From contig DATHOE010000019.1 in NCBI GenBank assembly GCA_035485275.1, positions 27,373 to 91,372 of the forward strand: a DNA stretch of 64,000 bases. The letters are read 5' to 3'. The notes beneath the pieces are model-generated. The model was not told the origin of the DNA and made no database searches. It worked only from the letters and a program-made list of their open reading frames with translations. Origin of the DNA: a bacterium. GTDB lineage: Bacteria; Oederibacteriota; JAJYGY01; DAIDJD01. The first letter of the stretch is position 1. Every line of letters starts with the position of its first letter. Positions 40,694 through 47,675 of this stretch are shown piece after piece. The position numbers were made by a program, and so were the translations under genes.

Positions 40694-41326
40694 GTGCCAC
40701 TCCCCTTGAAAATTCTCGGTTGGATTCTCGTGGCGCTAGCCCTCTCTGGACTTTGTAACGGCTGCATGACCTTGACTCCAAACGGCTGGCGGTTTGATCC
40801 TGGGCCTTTTTCTGACCGTCCAAGGCCCGATCCTGGGGACTCCATCTTCAGTCGAAATCGGGCTCTGCGCTGTATGGTGGATGGTGCGGGTATTGGTGCA
40901 ATGATCGGGATTGCGGGCGGTGTCACCTATGTGGTGATCAACCATGACCAAGAAGAGGAAGATGATGAGGCGCCGGAACCCCTCATTGCGGGCCTTGTCG
41001 CCATGGCTGGCGCGTTCTATGGCAGCGGCATTGGAGCGGTGATCGGCCTGTTTTATGGCCTGGCGACTTCGGACGGCCCCTTGGCCAGTTCCAACCTAAG
41101 TCCCATTCGACCCATGGAAAGCCCTCAGGACAACGAACGGGATTTGGCAAGGGAAGCACTGTCCGCGCCGGATGATGTACAGGTCTGGGAAGACCTGGGT
41201 GACGCCGAGGTCCGCGTTGGCGATCTGGGCGACGCTCTTAAGAGTTACCAGTGGGCCCTGCACCTCTCGCCGAAGGACGTAAATTTAAAGTTCAAGATCG
41301 CGGCCCTGCAGGCGCCGGCCGACTAG
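40694..41326 (+). CDS. Hypothetical membrane or secreted protein with an acidic linker, a Gly-zipper helix and a C-terminal TPR-like unit
   Basis: GTG start with a hydrophobic N-terminus LKILGWILVALALSGL. Gly-rich helices GAGIGAMIGIAGG and GSGIGAVIGLFYG. The C-terminus WEDLGDAEVRVGDLGDALKSYQWALHLSP is TPR-like. Confidence 0.5.
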   Translation: MPLPLKILGWILVALALSGLCNGCMTLTPNGWRFDPGPFSDRPRPDPGDSIFSRNRALRCMVDGAGIGAMIGIAGGVTYVVINHDQEEEDDEAPEPLIAGLVAMAGAFYGSGIGAVIGLFYGLATSDGPLASSNLSPIRPMESPQDNERDLAREALSAPDDVQVWEDLGDAEVRVGDLGDALKSYQWALHLSPKDVNLKFKIAALQAPAD

Positions 41327-41353
41327 GGAATTAGTCGGTTTTAAATAAAGAAA

Positions 41354-41386
41354 CCCGCCGAGACTCCGGCGGGCTTCTTGTTTTCT
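41354..41386. terminator. Bidirectional rho-independent terminator between convergent genes (40694-41326 on + and gltA on -)
   Basis: Stem CCCGCCG / CGGCGGG with a 6-nt loop. It is flanked by an A-rich run upstream and a T-rich run (CTTCTTGTTTTCTT) downstream. Confidence 0.7.
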
Positions 41387-41401
41387 TGGGTTTTCTGTGG
41401 A

Positions 41402-42589
41402 CTAGCGGTTTTCCATCGGCTGCCAGTGCGCTTCCTGCGGCCCGACCCATTCGCCCACGGGGCGGATGAGGCGGTTGTTGGCCTGCTGTTCGAAGATGTG
41501 GGCGGTCCATCCGCTGAGGCGGCTGAGAGCGAAGATGGGGGTGAACATCTCCGGGTCGATGCCCATGCAGTAGTAGACGCTGGCGGAGTAGAAGTCCACG
41601 TTGGGCTTGATGGCCTTCAGCTCCCACATGGCCTCCTCGATCAGGCGGCTCATCTCGTACCACTGCGGCTGGCCCACCTTGGCGCACAGGCTTTCGCTCA
41701 TGCGGCGCAGGTGGGAGGCGCGCGGGTCCTCGGTCTTGTACATGCGGTGGCCGAAGCCCATGATCTTCTTCTTCTTTTCCAGGGCGTCCTTGACCCAGGC
41801 CTTGGCCTTGGAGGGGTCCTGGACTTCCAGGAGCATGTGCATGACCTCGGTGTTGGCGCCGCCGTGCAGGGGCCCCTTCAGGGCTCCCAGGGCCGCTCCC
41901 ACGCAGCTGTGCAGGTCGCTCAGGGTCGCGCAGGCCACGCGGGCGGTGAAGGTGCTGGCGTTGAACTCGTGGTCCGCGTGCAGGATCAGGCACTTGTCGA
42001 AGATCTTCTCGCTGCCCTCGTCGGGGTCCTTGCCGGTCAGGCAGCGCAGGAAGTTGAAGGCCACGCTGGCGCCGGGCTTGGGGTCCACGAAGGGAAGCCC
42101 CTGCATCACCCGCTGGATGGCGGGAACCAGGGCGGTCATGCGGCCCATCAGGCGAATGGCCTTGCGGCTCTGCGGGTGGTCGCGGCCGAAGCCGGGCCCG
42201 TTGGGCAGGAGCTGGCCCATGTAGCGGAAGCCGTCCTTCCAGGGCTCCGGCGTCACGGAGGCGCCTTCCTCGGGGTCGACCAGGCCCAGCAGGCTGATGC
42301 CCGTGCGCAGGAGGCTCATGGGGTTGGCTTCGGGCGGCAGCGTCTTCAGCCAGGAAGCGACCCTGTCCTCCAGCACCGTCTCGCGGGCGATGGAATTCTT
42401 GAGGTCCTCAAGCTCGGCGGCCTTGGGCAGGCGTCCGTACCAGAGCAAGAAGACGGTTTCCTCAAAGCTGGAGTGGTCGGCCATCTCGTGGATGGAAATT
42501 CCACGATAGGTCAAAACCCCGCGTTTGCCGTCGATCGTGCTGATCGATGTTTGTCCCGCTACGATATCTTCAAGACCCGCGCCGGCCAT
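41402..42589 (-). CDS. gltA: Citrate synthase (small, type II-like / 2-methylcitrate synthase family)
   Basis: Motifs GISIHEMAD, ILHADHEFNAST, GPLHGGAN and GFGHRMYKTEDPRA. Confidence 0.93.
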   Translation of the reverse strand: MAGAGLEDIVAGQTSISTIDGKRGVLTYRGISIHEMADHSSFEETVFLLWYGRLPKAAELEDLKNSIARETVLEDRVASWLKTLPPEANPMSLLRTGISLLGLVDPEEGASVTPEPWKDGFRYMGQLLPNGPGFGRDHPQSRKAIRLMGRMTALVPAIQRVMQGLPFVDPKPGASVAFNFLRCLTGKDPDEGSEKIFDKCLILHADHEFNASTFTARVACATLSDLHSCVGAALGALKGPLHGGANTEVMHMLLEVQDPSKAKAWVKDALEKKKKIMGFGHRMYKTEDPRASHLRRMSESLCAKVGQPQWYEMSRLIEEAMWELKAIKPNVDFYSASVYYCMGIDPEMFTPIFALSRLSGWTAHIFEQQANNRLIRPVGEWVGPQEAHWQPMENR

Positions 42590-42603
42590 GGTGAATCCCC
42601 CCG

Positions 42604-43002
42604 TCAGACCAATTGTTTGTAGTAGTTGTGCAGTATCTCGATCTCACCCGGGCGCGATTCGATGAGGCGCAAACCCATGCGCCAGCGGCCGTAGATGTCG
42701 ATGGTGTTGCGTTTGGCCCAGGCGACCTGCGTGCGCACGGTCACCGTCCTGGGCGGCTTGTCCAGCTTCACCGTCACGTCGACCACGGTCATGGGGTCGA
42801 GCTCGATGTCGCTGTGGATCTGTAGGCCGGTCAGGCTGATGTTGAGCGTCCGGCCCCCGAAAACGTCGCCGGCGCCCAAGAAATGCGGGGTCGTCTGGTT
42901 CAGGGGAAGGGAAAGGATGGTGCAGTCGATCGGCAGGACCTTGGTGATCCGCTGCTTGGAACGGGCGTCTTCTTTGGGTGCGCGCATGGCTGCCATGGTC
43001 AT
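42604..43002 (-). CDS. PilZ domain protein (putative c-di-GMP receptor)
   Basis: RSKQR (RxxxR) followed by NISLTG (D/N-x-S-x-x-G). The upstream part of the ORF-track ORF runs into the tRNA-Leu gene, so the start must be ATG 43002, 42996 or 42987. Confidence 0.65.
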   Translation of the reverse strand: MTMAAMRAPKEDARSKQRITKVLPIDCTILSLPLNQTTPHFLGAGDVFGGRTLNISLTGLQIHSDIELDPMTVVDVTVKLDKPPRTVTVRTQVAWAKRNTIDIYGRWRMGLRLIESRPGEIEILHNYYKQLV

Positions 43003-43014
43003 CTCTGAGGTGTT

Positions 43015-43099
43015 TGCCGGAGGTGGGACTTGAACCCACATGCCCACTGAAGGACGAAGGATTTTGAGTCCTTTGTGTCTGCCATTTCACCACTCCGGC
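43015..43099 (-). tRNA. tRNA-Leu (anticodon CAA), long variable arm, CCA not encoded
   Basis: The reverse complement reads GCCGGAGTGGTGAAATGGCAGACACAAAGGACTCAAAATCCTTCGTCCTTCAGTGGGCATGTGGGTTCAAGTCCCACCTCCGGCA. Acceptor stem GCCGGAG/CTCCGGC. Anticodon stem AAGGA/TCCTT with loop CTCAAAA. Confidence 0.9.
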
Positions 43100-43109
43100 G
43101 TTGGCGCGA

Positions 43110-43139
43110 ATCGTACCTGAAACCTGGCCCCAGGGTCAA
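43110..43139 (-). promoter_or_regulatory. Possible tRNA-Leu promoter, TTGACC-N18-TACGAT on the minus strand
   Basis: The plus strand has GGTCAA at 43134-43139 and ATCGTA at 43110-43115. The -10 element ends 10 nt before the tRNA 5' end. Confidence 0.4.
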
Positions 43140-43219
43140 TTGGTTTTCTTTTTCGTAGCGCGAAACGGCATGCTACTTTACCGGATGTTTCCACAAAAAA
43201 GGCGCTTCGGGCTTTACGT

Positions 43220-43248
43220 TTGACAAAATTTTTGTCGGATGTTAGCGT
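43220..43248 (+). promoter_or_regulatory. Possible promoter of the TPR/ExeA/SppA operon, TTGACA-N17-TAGCGT
   Basis: TTGACA at 43220-43225 and TAGCGT at 43243-43248. Confidence 0.35.
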
Positions 43249-43298
43249 GTGACCAGAATGCCGGGGACCGTTGAAACCCTTGGCACTATGGAGTTTTT

Positions 43299-45806
43299 GT
43301 GCCCGAGGATAAAAAAACTATCGTCAAGATGGCCCAAATGTTTTCCCAGGAGGGACGTTGGGACAAGGCCATCGCGGAATACAAGAAGCTGATCGAAATC
43401 GAGCCTGAAGATTTCAGCAGCTATTCCCTGATGGGCGATGTTTACGTCAAAAAGGGCGATTTGCAGCCCGCTTTTGACGCTTATTTGCTGTGTTCCGATG
43501 CCTACCTCCGCTTGGGCCAGATGGAAAAGGCCGCCCAGGCGCAGGAAAAAATCGCCGCTTTGAGCCCGGATGGCCTGAATCCGGAAAGCCGCAAGAAGCA
43601 GATCATTTTCAAAAAACAGATGGAAGGTGACAAAATTCTTGAGTCCGGCGATCCGGCCAAAGCGGTGGCCGCGTACCAGGCCGTCCTGGCCATGGATCCG
43701 AACCGTTTCGACCTGTACCAGAAACTGGGCGACCTCCACCTGAGCCAGGGCAATGTCGCGGCGGCCTGCGCCAAGTTCCGGGAACTCGGCGACATCTACC
43801 TGAAGAACCGCCTGGTCAAGAAGGCGGCCCCCCTCTTCCAGAAGATCGTCGAGCTCGAGCCCGAGAACACCGAGGCCCGCGCCGCCCTGGCTGAAATCCA
43901 CGCCAAGAACGGCAACGACAGCGACGCGAAAAAGGAATTCCTCCTCTTGGCCGAGGCGGTGTTCCAGCAGGGCGACTTTGACCGGGCCTTCCAGTTCGCG
44001 CAGAAGGCGGAGCAGCTCAAGGCCATTGAAAGCTACAACTATCTGGGCCACGTGGAACTGCACCGCGGGCGCCGCGGGGAAGCCCGCGGATGGTTCGAGA
44101 AGCTCCTCAAATTCAAGCCGGGCCACGGCGGAGCCCTGTGGGGCATGGCCCTGATCCAGGTGGCCGAGTCGCACGCCGACGAAGCCGTCAAGACGCTCGC
44201 CAAGGTGCCCAAAGCGGACCGCTTCTATGGCGAAGCCCTGGCGGCCATGGCCGATCTCGAGGCGGCCAAGGGACTTCCAGAGGCCGTCCAGCACTATCTC
44301 GACGCCGCGCAGATCTTGAAAGCCAAGGGCGCCTTGACCCAGGCCAAAGCCGCCGAAGCGGCAGCCGCTGCGCTGGACCAAAAGCCGGGCGCCGAGCCCC
44401 AGGCCCCGGCGCCAGTTGCGGCGAAGGAAGCTGAAGTGGCTCCCGCGCCGGTGGCGCTTGCGCCTCCGGCGCCTGCACCCGCACCGGAACCCGTTCCCGC
44501 GCCTCCTGTGGCAGCCCCGGCTCCGGTGGCCGCGGTCGAGGCTCCTGCGCCCGTGGTTGCGGCCCCTGCGCCGGTCGCGGTCGTGGCCCCGGCCCCGGTC
44601 GTGCTTCCCGAAGCGCCCATTGCCGAGCTCGCGCCTGTCGTCAGCCAGGAAGCGCCGGTCCAAGCCGCCGCGCCCGAGCCTGAGCCCGCTCCCGCTGCCA
44701 AGGCCCGCGTGGAGCAGGCCGAGGACGCTGCGACCCTACTGTCCCTGGCCGAGAACTTTGAGGCTGAGGGAGCCCTGGATGAGGCGCTGGGGATATACCA
44801 GCGGGTCCTGAACCTCGACGCGAACCACGCCGGCGCCCGCGAAGGCATGAGCAGGGTCTACCGCTTGCTGGCCGGAAGCGCGCCGCAAGCCAGCCCGCCT
44901 CCTCCCCCGGCGCCCGTGGCCCTTGCGCCGCTGCCCGCGCCCCTTGCGCCCCCGGCTCCGGCGCTCGCGCCCCCGCTGCCGCCGCCCTCCATGAAGCTGC
45001 CGCCCCTGGCCGCGCTCGCTCCCTTGCCGGGCCCCGGCGCGATGGACATGGAGAAACTCGCCGCCATCAAGGCCCAGACCGAAGCGATCCAGCGCCAGGC
45101 CAAGGCCGACGTCGAAGCGCGCATGCGCGACGAAACCGAGGCCAAGCTCAAGGCCGAGATCGCGGCGCTCAAGGCGACCGGGATGGAAGCGAAGCGCCGC
45201 GACCTGGAGGCAGCGGAGCAGGCGGCCGCGGAAAAGAAGCGCATGGAAGCCAAGATCCGCGCCCAGATCGAGGCGGAAATGCGTGCCCGGGCCGAAGGGG
45301 AAGCCGCGGCCCGCCATGCGGCCGAGGCCCATGTCCCCAAGGCCGCTGAGCCGCACCACGCCGCCCCACCGCACAACGACAAGGATGAGGTCAGCCGGCG
45401 CCAGGCCGAGGTGCTGGCCCGCGTGGACGCCCAGCAGAAGGAAAGGCTGGCGCCCCTGCGCCGCACGATCGACGACATCCGCCGCAAAGCCGACGGGCAG
45501 GCGCCCGGGACCGCAGCCGCGGCGCCTCCGGCCTCCCCGCTGCCGCCCCTGCACAAGGCGGAGGAGGAAGCCGATGAGATGGAGGACTTCGCTTCGGTCT
45601 CCGTGGCCGAGATCTTCGTGAAGCAGGGGCTCAAGGCCGAGGCCCAGAAGATTTACGAGCGCATTTTGAGGCGGGAACCGGACAACGACGAGGTCCGCGC
45701 CAAGCTGGAAGCCCTGTTGGGGCACAAGCCCGCGCCCGGACCCTCCGCCCCTGCGGGCGGCGGACCCGCGGCCGGCCCGAAGAAAAGCAAAGTATCCTAC
45801 CTTTGA
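43299..45806 (+). CDS. Large TPR protein with Pro/Ala-rich tracts, a charged coiled-coil and FimV-C-terminal-like TPR motifs
   Basis: The N-terminal 340 aa or so are TPR units. Pro/Ala tracts lie at about 44380-44700 and 44880-45010. A Lys/Glu/Ala/Arg coiled-coil follows (KAEIAALKATGMEAKRRDLEAAEQAAAEKKRMEAKIRAQIEAEMRARAEGE). The terminal motif is VAEIFVKQGLKAEAQKIYERILRREPDN. The start is GTG 43299 or ATG 43329. Confidence 0.7.
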   Translation: MPEDKKTIVKMAQMFSQEGRWDKAIAEYKKLIEIEPEDFSSYSLMGDVYVKKGDLQPAFDAYLLCSDAYLRLGQMEKAAQAQEKIAALSPDGLNPESRKKQIIFKKQMEGDKILESGDPAKAVAAYQAVLAMDPNRFDLYQKLGDLHLSQGNVAAACAKFRELGDIYLKNRLVKKAAPLFQKIVELEPENTEARAALAEIHAKNGNDSDAKKEFLLLAEAVFQQGDFDRAFQFAQKAEQLKAIESYNYLGHVELHRGRRGEARGWFEKLLKFKPGHGGALWGMALIQVAESHADEAVKTLAKVPKADRFYGEALAAMADLEAAKGLPEAVQHYLDAAQILKAKGALTQAKAAEAAAAALDQKPGAEPQAPAPVAAKEAEVAPAPVALAPPAPAPAPEPVPAPPVAAPAPVAAVEAPAPVVAAPAPVAVVAPAPVVLPEAPIAELAPVVSQEAPVQAAAPEPEPAPAAKARVEQAEDAATLLSLAENFEAEGALDEALGIYQRVLNLDANHAGAREGMSRVYRLLAGSAPQASPPPPPAPVALAPLPAPLAPPAPALAPPLPPPSMKLPPLAALAPLPGPGAMDMEKLAAIKAQTEAIQRQAKADVEARMRDETEAKLKAEIAALKATGMEAKRRDLEAAEQAAAEKKRMEAKIRAQIEAEMRARAEGEAAARHAAEAHVPKAAEPHHAAPPHNDKDEVSRRQAEVLARVDAQQKERLAPLRRTIDDIRRKADGQAPGTAAAAPPASPLPPLHKAEEEADEMEDFASVSVAEIFVKQGLKAEAQKIYERILRREPDNDEVRAKLEALLGHKPAPGPSAPAGGGPAAGPKKSKVSYL

Positions 45807-45815
45807 CGATCCCTT

Positions 45816-46655
45816 ATGCAGGTTGCCATTATGAGCTATGAACTCCATTTCGGCCTCGCTGAGCAGCCCTTCAGCAACGCCGCCGACAGCCGCTTCTTCT
45901 TCGAGAGCGAGCAGCACCAGGAGGCGATGCTGCGCATCCAGCATTCCGTGTCCACCATGAAGGGCCTGACCGTGGCCATCGGCGGGCCCGGCGCGGGCAA
46001 GACCCTGCTGGCGCGCAGGGTGCTGGAGAAGCTCGAGGAGAACAGCAACGAGTACGAGGCGGCGCTGCTGGTGATCGTGCATTCCGAGGTCAGCGCGGAC
46101 TGGCTGCTCAAGAAGATCGCCACCCAACTGGGCGTGGCCCAGCCCGCGGAGCGCAAGGCCGACCTCCTGCCGCAGCTCTTCGACCGCCTGGGGGAGATCC
46201 ACGCCGCCGGGCGCAAGGCCTGCGTGATCATCGACGAAGCCAACATGCTCAAGAGCAAGGAGATCTTCGAGGAGTTCCGCGGCCTGTCGAACCTGGAGGT
46301 GCCCGGCCGCAAGCTCATCAGCATCGTCCTGTTCGGCCTGCCCGAGCTGCAGGACAACATGGCCTGCGACCCGCCGCTGGTCCAGCGCATCGCGATGAAG
46401 GTCGGCATCAAGCCCTTCGACGAGGCGGGCACCGCCAACTACGTGCGCCACCGCATGGTGGTGGCCGGATCCCACGCCGAGGTCTTCGACCTGGAGGCCC
46501 TGGGCGCCGTGCACCGGCTCACCCAGGGCGTGCCGCGCCTGATCAACACCATCTGCGACAACGCCCTGCTTGAGGCCTTCCTGCTGAAGAAGAACCGCGT
46601 CAACGGGGAGATCATCCGCGACGTCGCCGCCGACCTGGGCCTGGAGTCCAAGTGA
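45816..46655 (+). CDS. ExeA/GspA/MshM-like AAA ATPase
   Basis: FGLAEQPFSNAADSRFFFESEQHQEAM, Walker A GGPGAGKTLL, Walker B CVIIDEANML, LSNLE...IVLFGLPEL, and GVPRLINTICDNALL are all typical of the ExeA family. Confidence 0.8.
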   Translation: MQVAIMSYELHFGLAEQPFSNAADSRFFFESEQHQEAMLRIQHSVSTMKGLTVAIGGPGAGKTLLARRVLEKLEENSNEYEAALLVIVHSEVSADWLLKKIATQLGVAQPAERKADLLPQLFDRLGEIHAAGRKACVIIDEANMLKSKEIFEEFRGLSNLEVPGRKLISIVLFGLPELQDNMACDPPLVQRIAMKVGIKPFDEAGTANYVRHRMVVAGSHAEVFDLEALGAVHRLTQGVPRLINTICDNALLEAFLLKKNRVNGEIIRDVAADLGLESK

Positions 46656-47626
46656 AGCCAGCGCAGAAGCTGGGGCTGGCGGTGCTGGCCGGCCTGCTCG
46701 TGTTCGCGTCGCTGTCGGCCCTGCGCCAGGAAATGCTTTCCAGGGGCCTCAAGCTGGACAAGAGCATGGACTTCTCCCCGGCCCGCGTGGCGGTCCTGCC
46801 CCTCAACGGCGAGATCACGGACGGCGCCGAGACCATCCACTGGCTGCGCCAGTTCGGCGAGAACACGGGCGGCGTGAAGGCCATCGTCATCGCCTTGAAC
46901 ACGCCAGGGGGCGCGGTCGCGCCCTCCCAGGAGATCTGCCAGGAGATCGAGCGCCTGCGCAAGGACGACGGCATCAAGGTGGTCGCCGCCATGGGCAGCA
47001 TGGCGGCCTCCGGCGGCTACTACATCGCCAGCTCCTGCGACGAGATCGTGGCCGACCCGGGCACGGTCACCGGCAGCATCGGCGTCATCATGGAGACCTT
47101 CGAGGGCCAGGCCCTGCTCGACAAGCTGGGGGTCAAGTCCGAGGTCGTCAAAAGCGCCGAGTTCAAGGACGCCGGCTCGCCCTTCCGCGCCATGAGCGCG
47201 CGGGACCGCGCCGTGTTCCAGGGCACGGTCAACGATGTGTACGACCAGTTCGTGGGCGACGTGGCCAGCGGACGGCGCGGCGCCCTGGCCGCGGCCATGG
47301 CCCGAAGGACCGGCCTGAAGGCCGCCTCCTTCACGGACAAGGAGATCAAGGCCTACGTCAAGTCCCTGGCCGACGGGCGCATCTACACGGGCCGCCAGGC
47401 CTATCGGCTCGGCCTGGTGGACTCCCTGGGCGGGCTCGAGGACGCCATCGCCAAGGCCCAGGATCTGGCCGGGCTGAAGTCGGCCGACGTGGTCACGATA
47501 CGCGAGCCGCGCAGCTTCGCCGAGACCATGACGGGCATGGACCGCGCGGGCTGGAGCGCCTTCCTGAGGGAGACCCTCCTGGGAAGCGCGTGGAGCGGGC
47601 CCCATCTGAGCTATCTTTTGCGTTGA
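46652..47626 (+). CDS. sppA: Signal peptide peptidase SppA, 36K type (S49 family)
   Basis: The GTG start overlaps the ExeA-like stop (GTGA). It has an N-terminal anchor and the motifs NTPGGAVAPS and GSMAASGGYYIASSCDEIVADPGTVTGSIGV. Confidence 0.9.
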   Translation: MKPAQKLGLAVLAGLLVFASLSALRQEMLSRGLKLDKSMDFSPARVAVLPLNGEITDGAETIHWLRQFGENTGGVKAIVIALNTPGGAVAPSQEICQEIERLRKDDGIKVVAAMGSMAASGGYYIASSCDEIVADPGTVTGSIGVIMETFEGQALLDKLGVKSEVVKSAEFKDAGSPFRAMSARDRAVFQGTVNDVYDQFVGDVASGRRGALAAAMARRTGLKAASFTDKEIKAYVKSLADGRIYTGRQAYRLGLVDSLGGLEDAIAKAQDLAGLKSADVVTIREPRSFAETMTGMDRAGWSAFLRETLLGSAWSGPHLSYLLR

Positions 47627-47629
47627 ACC

Positions 47630-47655
47630 CCGGGAAGGACCCCGGAGTTTTTTTT
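47630..47655 (+). terminator. Probable intrinsic terminator after sppA
   Basis: Stem CCGGG / CCCGG with a 6-nt loop, followed by AG and T8. Confidence 0.5.
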
Positions 47656-47675
47656 GAACCGCCTGAGGAGAAGAC

